Of a DNA stretch of 64,000 nucleotides, positions 12,701-24,958 are shown one piece after another. The stretch lies in the NCBI GenBank assembly GCA_050084515.1, contig CM114271.1:18972001-19036000 (forward strand). The letters are read 5' to 3'. The stretch is from Blasia pusilla. Its lineage: Eukaryota. How positions within the stretch are numbered: position 1 is the stretch's first letter; each line of letters starts with the position of its first letter. The notes under the pieces were generated by a model. That model saw only the letters and a list, made by a program, of their open reading frames with translations, ran no database searches and was not told the origin of the DNA. Both the position numbers and the translations under genes were made by a program.

Positions 12701-13989
12701 CGAACATGAGGAAATCTTTAGCCCTATTGCAAATATGGCGACTGCAAGAATATTGGTTGTAGTTGTAGTAAGTAAGAAGTGGAGATTACATGACATGGAT
12801 GTCAAGAATGCCTTCTTGAATGGATATCTATATGATGAGGTATATATGACTCAACCAATTCGATATGAGCATCACGAGTTTCCATTTCGCGTATGCAGGC
12901 TGAAGAAAGCTCTATACGAGCTCAAACAAGCTCTAAGAGCTTCATATGGCAAGATAACATACGTCCTACAAGAGTTGGGTTTTAGGGTATGTGATTCTGA
13001 CTCCTTGTTATATGTCTTGAGAGGACAAGATCATACGGTTATCATTGTGTTGTATGTTGACAATGTCTTGATTACTAGGAGTATTGAGGATATGATAGAA
13101 CAAGTCAAGCTAAAATTACAGACTGAATTTGATTTGAAGGACTTGGGAGAACTCAAGTACTTCCTTGGTGTTGAGTTTATCAAGGTTGGAGAGAGCATGG
13201 TTACTACAACGGCAATATGCTCTTCACATGCTTTCAAAATATGGCATGATGGCTTGTAAGCCAATCTCTACATCGTTGGACCAGAGTGTAAAGCTAAGAG
13301 TGGATGAAGGAGAGTTGCTTGCAGATTCTAATATGTAGAGGCGCATGGTTGGAAGTTTGATTTATCTAACTATAACCATGTCAGATTTGAGCTATGCAGT
13401 TGGCCTAGTGAGCCAATTTATGCAAGAAACTCGAAAATCTCACTTGATGCTGTGAGGAGGAATATGCGGTATGTGAAATTATTTGTTCAATAGGGCTTCA
13501 ATTTGAATCTTTTCCGAGTTTACAATTATAGGGATTCACATATGTTGATTGGATAGGAAGCGTGTCTGATCGACACTCCACATTTGGTTATTCATTTACT
13601 TTGGGAAGCTCAGTTATAAGTTGGGCTTCAAAGAAGCAACCTACAGTTGCTTTATCTTCAACAGAGGCTGAATACAAAGGAGCAACTAATGTAGCATGTG
13701 AGGCGGTGTGGCTTCATATTAGTACCTTAGGACCTAGTGTAATATATGCAGATACTATTAGGAGCATCAAGCTTGCTAATAACCCCATGTTTCATGCTCG
13801 TACAAAATATGTTGAGGTGCACTATCGTTTTATGAGAGAGAAAGTGCTTGCAAGAGAAATTGATCTTTTGTATATAGATAAAGATCAGCAAATTGCTGAC
13901 ATCTTTACAAAGGCATTGTCCAGAGATAAGTTTGAGATGTTTAGAAATGATTTAGACGTTAAAGATATCGATATGAGTTTGAGGGGGAG

Positions 13990-14302
13990 TATTCAAGATT
14001 GAGTTACAGTCAAGCGCATGAGACACTTGAACTGCTTTATTTGGTACTCACACAAAGTAGGAAAGTTTAATCTTGGTTAGTCAGTTAAGCGCGATTATCT
14101 TAACTATGGTTAGTTAATCACAGTTAGTTTAACTCGAGACTATGGTTAAGATTAGGGTTAGGATTTCTTGTACATATCTTATATAATTGAGAAGTGGACC
14201 TGCCTCCACTCATTCTCTCATTGCAAATTTTCATTCTCCATGGTGGTGTGTGAGTGTGAGAGCCGTTTTCCATCAGTTATGCTTTTTTAGTAGTTTTCTA
14301 TA
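13990..14302 (+). repeat. 3' LTR of copia element 1
   Basis: Follows the PPT; homologous to 9478-9789; followed by TSD ATACC. Confidence 0.95.
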
Positions 14303-16689
14303 ATACCCCAATGGCAAAATCTCTTATAGCAAAAAAATAGCTTTATAAATGGCTATAGCCACCCTCAATATCTTGTTTGACATTGCTCTTGAATTGTATC
14401 ACAAGCTGTTGATATACTCAAAGTTAGCCTACCTACCTCCTCTTATTCCAAGTCTAACTCCGCGATCGCTCATGTAGTCATATTGCGGTCGCCTACATCT
14501 AGGAAATTCCATTCATCCATATAGGATCCTCTTGATCGCTACCACTAACATAAGATGTAGATGCTATTGATCCAAGGTTAAGAAGTTAGAATGCCATCAT
14601 TGCAATCTCCTAATGTAGTTTCTCTATTTGAGATGTTATCTCAAATTCATGCCCATGTTCTGATATAGTCTTGTTGATGATGTAGTCCTCCACATGACAA
14701 CCATGTGAGCTCTGGTTGTTGCTACCATGCATATGATGGCATGGATCTTTAAAATGCTGGTTCTTTGCACTCCAGGTACGATCACCCTTGAATGTGCGTG
14801 TTGGTTGGCCAACGCATGCTCTATCTCCCTTGGATCATCCATTGCAATGACACCCTTCTCAGTGACCCGTAGCTGAACACGCTCTATCAACAAGAATACT
14901 AAAGTTAGTGTTGGGCTAGTTGAAAACCTAATTGACCACTCTCACACTTGTCTTGTAAGACATGATTGATCATATGAAACTATGCATGGCAAAAATTAAT
15001 TGACGTAAGCACGTATAGGTCTTTCATAAACTCTCGCCAAGTAGACGTTGAAAGTTCTAGATGCTCACTAGCTTCTCATTCCAACCCCACTAAAGCTCCT
15101 CAGTAACTTCTAAAAAAACTTCACAAGCAGGTTGGATGTAGGTCATGTCCTTAAACTAGCTCCGGTCACCCTCTTATCAGCAGCATCCCCAGTCCTCCAT
15201 CCAAGCTATATGAGGTGGCCTTAGCGCCTATTCTAGGCTACACCATGAGCCTAGTCGAGTTCATATAGTACATCTAAACACTAATAGAACCTTCATGCCT
15301 CAGTCTTTATTAGTTGCAAAGCCGAAAACTAATAGGAAATTTTCATAGGTGGATCCTCTAGGTGTTAGAACACCAACCTACAAGAAATGAAAGGGTTGTT
15401 CTCTCGTGCACCTCATGGGCCGTGTGTATCAAACCACAATCCATAATCTATGATGAACTAGTGTAGATCTAAGGTGCCTAGCCCTACTACACATAAGAAT
15501 GGATGTTGTAGGCACCTAAGAGGTATGACAATTTAGGCATGGTGATGATGACATCACCTCTCTTCAACAATTGGAAAATTTTCTCCCCCTTGATGTAAAA
15601 AACTTGACCTCCTTGAAATCTAGCTTGAAATTGACATAGCTCGGAAATTAATGGTAGCATGGTGCAACTACGAGTGTTATGGCATAGCAACAAAGGTACA
15701 ACAAAAATTAGAGTGATATGGAAATAAGAAAAAAAGTATCAAAGTAGAAAAAAAAATTGTACAAAAACAACAAAAGCGATATAGCAACAACGTTATGGCA
15801 TTGTACAACTACAAGCCGCATAATAACAATGGTAACACGATACCACTGTGGGTATCGTAGTATGGCTATATTCAACATCATATGTCCATAAGCAATCAAT
15901 GCAACTTTGACATCTACCTTTGAGAGTGTCATAGTTTCCCAAACTCACTGTTAAGTGTGAACGGTGCAACATGCTATATTGCGACACACTAAGTAAAAAC
16001 CTCCACAATGCATAGCATTTCGCAGTCGGATTATACGTGTCGAGAAAATTCATTGCAAGAAAAATGGAAAACCACTTATCAATGTTGGACTAGAATCTAA
16101 AAAAAATCGACATGACGACTCATCGATAGCATCAAAAAATTTCAATACAACACAACAAATCATTGTGGACAAAAACTAGATGGATCACGAGTAGCATATA
16201 GTGAAATCAAACCCTAAAATTGGACAAGAAACTTGCGTGGGGCAACTTGGAGATCAAGCTGACTCAAGCATGATGCAAGAAAGCATGGGGAAGTGTGGTT
16301 GTTAAGCCATCACGACATGGTGGCACCTAGGGTGGCACGACCACTGCAAGATTAAAACTAAGGTCAACCAACTCAATGGCTAAATAATCAAAGTGATTGC
16401 TATAATTTGTATCTTGCTTGCCTATTTCATGCAGCATTAATTGCATTTCATTCCTAGCTTTGAAGTCTAAAAAGTTGGAACTCTCTGAAAACAACAAAAA
16501 AACTCCTAATCATCAATCATTCACCATCTTGCGACATCCAATCTAACAAAACTTTGGCAACAATTTTGCATAAAAATGTATGATATTAAAAAATAGCTAA
16601 CTAAGCCTTTACAACATTCTCATGGACATGTCTCTAACTGAAAAAAAATGCCAAAACTCCATGCTTATGCTTTAGAGCTTTTGTATGGC

Positions 16690-16882
16690 CTCGTCACCTT
16701 TCTCAATAATTTTCTCTCATTCTCTCCTAAATTTGAAGTAAATTAACACTCTCACATCACAACTCTATCATATGTCAAACCAAACCTACTCTCATAGTAA
16801 GAAGCCTGAAATTTATCTCAAGGCAAGATACGACCATAGCTCTGCCACCTTATGGAAGAAGGCTCAACAAAGAGAGAATGAG

Positions 16883-16914
<32 letters not shown>

Positions 16915-17190
16915 GGTGATCTATGCATATATATTATGCATCTATCCATGACCCTCTATATCAGATAAAAAGGCATATTCTATACAAGGAAGTCAATTTT
17001 CAATAAGTCCCCTAATATTAAAAATAGAAAGTTCCTCCAAATACTCCCAAGTGGACCCTAAGTTAGGGAAAACCTACAAACTTGGGTTCCCTACCCGATC
17101 CACAAGTCATCCTTGGCCTTGCAAGATCAACCCCCGAACTCTTTGGGCACGTCAAGCAACTACTCTATGCTCATATGTAAATGATGCAAT
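16690..17190. repeat. Dispersed LTR-like repeat, family shared with ~51140-51598 and ~57080-57648; contains (CT)13 at 16883-16908
   Basis: Shared blocks aaggcaag..gaccatag, aacaaagagagaat.agctctc, aaaatagaaagttcctc and gtcatcct. Bounds approximate. Confidence 0.65.
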
Positions 17191-17833
17191 ACACAAGATA
17201 CATGAGAATGGAGGGGTTGTAAAAAATGACTATGCTATATCCTACAAAGAGACGGGATTATAATGAGGCGATGCAGCCACAATTATAATACTAACGACTC
17301 ATTTTAGTGGAAAACGTCACTTTTCATCGCATGGGAAAACAAATTTTACTTTCATAGCTTTATCTCTCATAAACGAGAGGACACAAAAATCTTACTAAAC
17401 GGACTTATATATTCATATGTATAAGTCAACGACAAGTATTTTAAATTGCCCATCATTACCCAATAACTTACCTTGAAATTGATCCAATAATTTTATTGAC
17501 CTCCAAAATAGACCTAAAATTATCCAAGCATACATGTAAAAAATGAGCTCGATAGAAGCACCAAACTTAAAAAAGAGAAATTTTTGAAAAAAAATTCTCC
17601 TTTTATATTTTGACGAAAACAATTTCGACAAATATAAGCCGAGTACCTCAACTTTTTTTCAATTAGATATAAAAATTCTAGATTAATATTACATGTGGAT
17701 GTATATATGATATTTTTTTAATATAGTACCCCAATATTATATGACGACGGTAAAAGAAAACCTTAATGGTTGGATTTAATTTAAATTTGGATGACAACGG
17801 ATCCATGAACTCTGCCTCCTATTAGCGAACGAA

Positions 17834-18643
17834 CCCACTTACCTACACTACAACGATGCGGTTCTAACTAGGCCTGCCCCAACCATCGATGGTTGGTTGG
17901 ACACATTACGAATGTCGTCGGAGTCTGGATCCACTTGGTGTGCATTTGGCACGGTGTCCAGTTGGGGGTGAGAGGATAGCCACTCACGATGCAGTGCGGG
18001 ATATTATGTTCTTTATTGCTTGAGAGAGTGGCTTCCATGTACAGATAGAGAGGCACTACTCCATGCGGGATTCCCTTATCCGTGCTGATCTCTACATGAC
18101 GCGGGAGTTTGAGGTGGTGGTAGCAGATGTTGTAGTGACGGATCCTACGCGGGAGGCGGTGCGAGCCCAAGTGGAGGCACAAGGGAGATTGTTGCAGGGA
18201 GCGGCGGCGGTAGCGGCGGCGGAGGTCAAGAAGACCTACATTTATAGTCAGCTTCATGATGGACATCGATTTATCCCCCTAGCCATTGAGATGTACGAGG
18301 CTATGGGGGAGAGGTTTGACTAGTTCCTTACGGATTGCGCCCATCATCTCCAGTCGAGAAATGGGTTGTCCTTAACCACTGCGATACTTTATTGTGGGCA
18401 ACGGGTCTCCATGACTTTGCAACGTGTCCAGGCAAACGGGCTTTTGCGGCGGGCTCAGACGGTTGGAGACGCCATTGCTAGAGGCCCACTTAATAGCAAT
18501 CATAGTTCTCTAAGTGTTACTGATGTTGTCTCTACTATTATGATTTTGATCGCTAGAAAGAGAGGCCTCCTTCTTTCTCCTCGGGACCGGTTTTGGATCT
18601 TTTTCCCTCGTTTGTATCCTTATGCGTTTCCCATCCTATTTTT
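17834..18643 (+). mobile_element. 5'-truncated non-LTR retrotransposon with restriction-like endonuclease (CRE-like), 14-bp TSD
   Basis: TATTAGCGAACGAA at 17820-17833 and 18644-18657. The frame reads LGLPQPS..EC...HLARCPVGGERIATHDAVRD..E...RADL....ADVVVTDP...K..Y...FIPLAIE, i.e. a CCHC knuckle plus PD-(D/E)xK-type RLE motifs. T-rich 3' end. Confidence 0.85.
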
Positions 18644-18947
18644 TATTAGCGAACGAATGAAACGAAAAGTCTATTAACTTAAGTTCTTCGAACCAGGGTC
18701 CGGGGAGTTTTTTTACCAGAGGGGGTAAATTTCTGGCAGTAGGATGAATAGACCGGTAATTAAAAAAATTTAACCGGTTTGAAAAGGTAATATTTGAAAC
18801 TTCCGGGAAATTTCTGGAGTTTTTTTAAAGTGTTCAGAAATTTTCCGATATTTTATTATTCTCGGCAATTCATTTCTGATTACTCGGAATGTTGTTCAGT
18901 TGATATCCGACACTTGAAAAACTAACCGGAAAAAAATTTTCACGTAC

Positions 18948-19041
18948 TCTTGGACTTAAGCCTCTTTTCATTTCTTCTCCACTTCTGGAGTCTTGGACTT
19001 AAGCCTCTTTTCATTTCTTCTCCACTTCTGGAGTCTTGGAC
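18948..19041 (+). repeat. 43-bp tandem duplication (2 copies plus partial)
   Basis: tcttggacttaagcctcttttcatttcttctccacttctggag at 18948-18990 and 18991-19033. Confidence 0.9.
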
Positions 19042-19267
19042 CTCAATGTTCATGCAAACATTCACTTCAAAGTTCACACTTTCTTTTAGTGCCCTTTTAG
19101 TTCACACTTTCTTTCATCCTTGGCAGGAATTGAACATGGCTAGGCCTCCCACCAGCTGGGAGCCAAGGATTTTACCCCTCTATAATACATTGAAGCTTTT
19201 AGTAAAAGCTTCAATGTATTAGAAAAGGGACCCCCTTATCCCTACAACTAAGCTTTTCCCCCTCATC

Positions 19268-21501
19268 TTACACATCCACAACAACTTCACTTGGGTCTAA
19301 GGCATTTAAATTTACGCGAACTTCTGGTGGAATTTCTATCTCAGAATATATCTCGGGATTGGCATACACATACCTAAAGTGTCTTTGAATTCTTCCAAAG
19401 AACTCTGATTCAACCAACAAACCTTCATAATCATCTATTTTCCCCTCCAAGGCAATCCTAAGAACAACATCCAAATGCTTTGTCATTAACCTATTCCTAC
19501 TTTTAGTCTTGATCACATTCTTCACAGAGAAAGCTCTCTCACAAATAGCAAAGATTAAACACTGCACCCCTAGCAAAGATTCGCTAAAATGAGCAAGTTA
19601 GAGAACTTACATTGCAAGGACGGGCTCCAACTTACCATAGCCCACAAGTCCTTGAAGTTCCGATCTTTCCACTCCGTCGTGGCCATGAGCTTAAATGATT
19701 GAAACTCTTGTTTCACAGCTCCTACACTCAGTAAAGAAGGTTGCAAGTGACCTTTGAAGGGTAAGTCTGTCCCAAAATGTGCACAGAGGTCATCCAATTC
19801 CTTACAACCCCAACTATTTAGTCCCACTTGCCTTGAAGGCATGTGCAGAGGATTCATTATCCTCATAGCACTAATCAAGTTGTTATCCCTAAACCGATCT
19901 CGTAAAGCTACACAAACACTCTCAGAAAAATTCTTCTGAAACAACAAGGCATCCTCTAGATCCTTTCCTGTCCGATTCCTCAACATTTCTATGCTATGGA
20001 ACTTCTGCCCCTAATCTCAGATTGAAAACGTTTCAAATAACCCCCTGGAGGACCAAAGTCAGATAGAATGTGACTACCACTTTCTTCAGAGAAAGTGGAG
20101 GCATTCAGATCAGGTTCTCCATTACAAAATTCATTGTTATGGAAGCTATTTCAGAAGTCACTATACTACCTATGGTACTAACATCTACAAACTTATATTG
20201 GAACACCTTACTCAAGTTAGCAAGAAGAAACAAAATATCTGCCAAAAAGTACAGCTGATAAATCATCTGAAATGATCTGAGCTTGTTATACAAATTTGCA
20301 GCATTACCATCATCTTTCGAAGGGGAGATATCTCTAAAATATGCAAGGACAGATTCCAGTGAGTCACATAAAGTAGTAATAGCCTGCCAACGCGACAACC
20401 AGCGAATCTTGTGGTACCTCTTCATCACTTTCTGAGAATCGTTCAACTTTTCTCGCAAAGTTGCAAGACCACACTTCCTCTTGGACGACCTTCTAAAGTA
20501 TCCAGCTACTGCATTCAAAATTGAATCTACTTCTATAGATATTTCCTTACACCCTACACCTTTTGCTGATGTTAAAGCAGCGAGATTCGTCCTTTGCGCC
20601 ACACAATGCACAGACAACATAAAAGGATTTATCTTATGTTTCAACTGAGATGCTACTCCATTTTGGCTTCCTACCATAGTAGAAGCTCCATCAGATCCAA
20701 AGGCAACCAATTTTGATCCCTCAAGTCCCGAATCCTTTATCAACTCCAACAAATTTTTAGTGACTGCGTTCGAACATTTCTCTGGACATTGGAGCAATCC
20801 TATAAAACAACTCTCTACTTGCCCCTGATCTAAGTAAGTTGCAAATACAACAAGATGTCCAGTGACAGATATATCTATGGACTTGTCAATCATTATCCCA
20901 AAGAAAGGAGATTGTTGCACTTTAGAAAGGTTCCTCCTGAGAAGAACCTGGCTAATATAAAAACACATATCAGCACAACTTTTTTCATCTTGGTACAAGT
21001 CGCATGTTATAGGTGCATTCACAGATATCAATAACTTACACAGATTTGAGAACTTTGAAAATGGCAGGGCTTCCTTTGCAACGAAATATGCACATTTGAA
21101 CAGAGTCAAAAGTGCAATATCATAAGTCCGATTTGTGGTGGCTATAGCCTTGGCCATGGATCTGTTCCCCACATTCACAGCCCATGCAAGCTTCATGTGC
21201 TCATTCGACTTACCATGATCTGTGAAGGCCGAAACCTTACAGTTAATGGCACCATCCCTGGCAAAGGAGCTTTTCCCTTACCCTGTCTATAGACTTTGCA
21301 AAAAATCCGACCAGATTCTACATGGAATTCTATCCAATCGAACAAAGTATACCAAACATCCTTCCAAGCCAATCTATTTTTCTCACTCTGACTTGTCGGA
21401 TGAGTATTTGATTTGTCCCCTTCTCTCCCATCCGATGATCCTGACCTACTGTTCTCCTCTGCAAGGTCTTGACTAACTTCCTTGTGTAGCATCTCATTCA
21501 T
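19268..21501 (-). pseudogene. hAT transposase (ZNF862-like), frameshifted
   Basis: ORF pieces 21193-21501, 20105-21196, 19570-19986 and 19268-19576. They carry an N-terminal Zn-finger-like W..LFDWI...IFC, catalytic D in FFGIMIDKS, second D in FGSDGASTMVG, CxxH degraded to CVAQ, IRWLSR, and the C-terminal CERAFS..N.IKTK.RNRL motif. Confidence 0.9.
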
Positions 21502-22089
21502 TGTTCATTTGTCTCTTAGCCATGTAGAGGCTCAGAGAATGCAAGAGGAGTTCACTAATGTAATCCAAACCATGAGCCCCCATGCCCTACCCAAGGCTCC
21601 ACCTGGGAAAAGCTCTAAGCGAAGCTATGCAAGCTGCACAACATAAACCTGTCACTTAGTAGGTGCTAATGAAACAATGGAGCTCAAGAAAATGTGGATC
21701 TGAAAAGTACTCAAGACTCGGCAAAAGATACAATGCCAATGCAATGTGAGCCAGAGCTGTCGATACTCAAGCTGGGGGGAAGATGGGGGATGGCGGGAGG
21801 GCAGGGAGGGCATGGAGGGGCTTGGAAAGAAGCAGACAGGCAGTAGCGGCGCCGGATCCCTGTCCCTCCCGTTGTAGTTCCTTTCTCTCGAACCCAATCA
21901 AAGTCTGCAGTTCAAACAAGGCACATAGCAAGCAGCAACGAGATAGCAACAAAAAGCACCTACCTCACAACGACGCGAAACAACAAACAAGATAGCATGC
22001 GGGTGGAATGGCAGGATAAAGCAGAATCGAAAGCTCAAGCCAGCTTTGCTTGGATTCAGGAGGTATTGACAGGGATACAGTGGCGGACC

Positions 22090-22760
22090 TCCGCTCTACC
22101 CCCTGGACAATCGAGTGAGGCTACTGCGCCACCGAGGAGCCGGGAGCAGTCGAGGACCAGAGGGCCGAGGTGAGACTCTGAGACGAAAGGAGGCATGCAA
22201 ATGCGAACCCCTCCACTCTACCCCTGGACGATCAAGTGAGGGCGTCGGGTGTGTGACTTGCGAGCAGTCGAGGACCCGAAAAGGAGACGAATAAGGCATG
22301 CAAATGCCAACGCAGCCAACCCCTCCACTCTAGCCGTGGACGATCGAGTGAGAAAGCCAATGAGTCGGGACTCGTCACTCCCGAGCAGTCGAGGACCTGA
22401 AATGCAGACGGAAGGAGACGAATGCACCTTGCAAATGCCAACGCAGCCAACCCCTCCACTCTAGCCGTGGACGATCGAGTGAGGGCGCCAGTGAGTCGGG
22501 ACTCCTCACTCCCGAGCAGTTGAGGACCTTAAACATAGACGGAAGGAGACGAATGCACCTTGCAAATGCCAACCCCTCCACTCTTCCCCTGGAGTCTGGA
22601 CGATCGAGTGAGCTCAGTAAGGGCGCCGCGGAGTCGAACCACACGGAATGGAACTTTCTGGCGTCTGTTTTGTACCTAGAAGCTTTTCTCTCTTCTTCTC
22701 TCCGAACTTCGGAACTTCGGAAGCAAGTTCCATGGAGTCTGGACGATCGAGTGAGCTCAG
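22090..22760. repeat. Diverged tandem array (~6 units of ~110-145 bp) inside the hAT element
   Basis: Core GGACGATCGAGTGAG (or a 1-mismatch variant) at ~22105, 22226, 22338, 22469, 22598 and 22741, mostly preceded by CCCCTCCACTCT and followed by GAGCAGTCGAGGACC-like blocks. Confidence 0.85.
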
Positions 22761-23912
22761 TGAGGGCGCGGCGGAGTCGAGGAGTCGAGGACCATAGGAA
22801 TCGAGGAGACGAGGAGCCGAGGAGCCGAGCTGCCGAAGTGCAAGGAGACGGAAGCACACTTATCACAGTCTTAGCAGACGTAAGGATTGGAGACGAGGCC
22901 CCGGTTCGAGTCGAGGAGCCAAAGTGCAAGGAGACAGAAGTAGACTCGCAGAGTTCCCGCAGACGAAAGCATTGGAGTCGAGGACTCGAGGACCGTGAGC
23001 AGCCAAGCACTCGAGGACCCGAACTGCAAGGAGTCAAAAGGAAACGAAAAGGGACGAATCGACCAGACAAATGCGAAGTTGCGAACCCCTCCACTGAGTC
23101 CGCTCTACCCAGACTACCCCCTTGAGCCCCCTCGGAGCGAGTCGAGCGACGGAGTCTCGTCACTCGTGAGTCGTGACTGGAGTCTGGACTCCTCGACGAG
23201 GACGTCCAGGGCCCCACGCCCGAGCCGCCCGACGGCCCCGACTTGCCGCTTAACCCCCGGGGCCCCGACTCCCCGAGTCCTGAGTCTCCTGACGTTGCGG
23301 CTGGCCCTAAGATGGAGGGCCCCGATTACATCTGAGAATGTTCAGTTTTCCGGCAGCCGGCAACTGATGCGGCAGCAAACCGGCATGGCTCTTTTGCCGA
23401 CTACCAGAATCCGACTGGCAAACTGCCGGAACAGCGTATTTCCGTCACCTGTTCCCGGGGAATCAGTAGAAATCTGCCATATACCTTTCCGTCCAGCCAG
23501 TTTCCGGGAAACCTCTCCCCGCTGTCGGAATTTCGGCCGGAAAGTTCGAACTCCCCCCGGATTTCTCTGAATTTTCCCGGCTAGGTCAACACGTAGCCCC
23601 GGTTCTGCCGTTCATTGCTTCGAACTTCTTCCGTTCTGTGATGGCCTGCTAAATTCCGTTGGTGGCTGTGAGATCGCCGTAATTAAGATGCTCAGGCGTT
23701 AATTAGTTCCCAAATGCAAGGCCGGGGCGTCTGCTCAGCCTTCGCTAACGCGAGATTACAGCCATCTTTCCGTTACAGCCGACAACGGAGCCTCTCGGTG
23801 TGCGTTCCAGCCTTCAATTAAATAATAAAAGAATAACGACGGCCTCTCTCCGTCCGTGCAAGCTAACACTGTACCGACTTCTAAAATGCCACTTGTCAAT
23901 CAATCAATCAGC

Positions 23913-24307
23913 CAAACTCGGCCCCACCAACTCCGCTACCACCGAACGCCACCGGACGTCAAAAGGGTGAGAACAGTTTCCATCCTCTCACAATTCCATC
24001 CATCTACCACATCTCCGTTTTCCCTGCTCGCCCCCTCACCTCACGACCATTCCATCCATCCATCCGTCTACCACAATAGAGCGAAGCAGGAAACGTCAGT
24101 AAAAAATCAACGAACTCGCCCCTAAATAAGTACTTACTCTAAACTCGGCCACCGACTCCGACTCCGCTACCGCCAAACGCCAGCGGACGTCAAAAGGGTA
24201 AGAAAAGCTTCCACCTTCCCACAATTCCATCCATCTACCACATCTCCGTTTCCCACGCTAACCCCCCACCTCACGACCATCCATCTACCACAATAGAGCG
24301 AAGGAGG
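23913..24307. repeat. Imperfect direct duplication (~170-180 bp x2)
   Basis: aaactcggccc...ggacgtcaaaagggt...cacaattccatccatctaccacatctccgtttccc...tctaccacaatagagcgaag at 23913-24090 and 24141-24307. Confidence 0.85.
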
Positions 24308-24958
24308 GGACGCGTTAGGGAACTCTTGTCTCTATTTGGGTGCACATATGGCCAGAGCTCGTGGTCCCAAATTTGCAGATTCTTTGAGGTTAGTGGGGAT
24401 GACGTTAAAAGAACCCCCTTAAGAGGCAGAAGAAGTTGAACTAAGTGGGTAGGATCGATTCCGTTGGGAGGGCTTCCATGTGAGGAGGGGATACCAACTC
24501 GTTTTATAAAAGGTACATGAAAAGTCCTAGGGACTATGGTGGTGAAAGATAAAAAGGAGCTTTCATAGGAGGGAATAACTCGAAGACCCACAAGATTAGT
24601 CTCACATGTTGTTAATGTGGGAGGGGTGACTTGAACCATTCGATATTATCATCTATCTTGCTTCCGTTTACTCACCCTTGAGTGAGTGGTGTCATTTATT
24701 GCAAATAAATAGCAGAATAGAATAGCCTCGCACCATGAGAAATAACAAAGTACAAAAGAATAAGATAAAAACACAAAACCAAATCGCCTCTACTAATGGG
24801 CCACTTGGATTATATGACCAGCGACTAAGCTCTTGACACATGTGACCCTTCTATTGAATGTTTAGGACCCCTAGTAGGGAAAAACGGTCATGGCCAAAAC
24901 CTGCATACTAATAATAATAATAAAATAGTCCCTTCATATGATTTGATTTGTCTTATTT

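Larger units (their letters stand above)
9478..14302 (+). mobile_element. Full-length degenerate Ty1/copia LTR retrotransposon
   Basis: 5' LTR 9478-9789, 3' LTR 13990-14302, TSD ATACC (9473-9477 and 14303-14307), PBS TGGTATCAGAGC (9790-9801), PPT GAGGGGGAG (13981-13989). Domain order: gag (EKLDKHNY, CNYCGIKG knuckle), protease (IDSGASNHM), integrase (WHKRIGHMN, LELIHTDVW), RT (MDVKNAFLNG, LYVDN), RNase H (SWASKKQPTVALSSTEAEY). Many stops and frameshifts. Confidence 0.97.
8356..15400 (-). mobile_element. Degenerate LTR retrotransposon, copy A (gag-like, protease, DNMT; probably Ty3/gypsy), split by a copia insertion at 9478-14302
   Basis: Minus-strand translation of 9120-9470 (MFRLTTTLCECGDNIIASYLKMVIEEVEDL ... 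VVLLHN*SDIFLLVSHGGGVYCIQCILLD) aligns by eye with the + strand ORFs at 51901-52553. Homology resumes at 14308, across the copia TSD. The upstream limit (~15400) is approximate. Confidence 0.75.
18694..23617 (-). mobile_element. hAT-superfamily DNA transposon
   Basis: Perfect 8-bp TSD CTTCGAAC (18686-18693 and 23618-23625). Both ends begin CA..G..CGG, with CCGG-rich subterminal regions and an internal hAT transposase. Confidence 0.92.

Noticed and set aside
22375-23570. Long overlapping ORFs (280, 201 and 191 aa)
   Set aside because: Low-complexity S/R/P-rich translations of GC-rich repeats on both strands, with no domain motifs.
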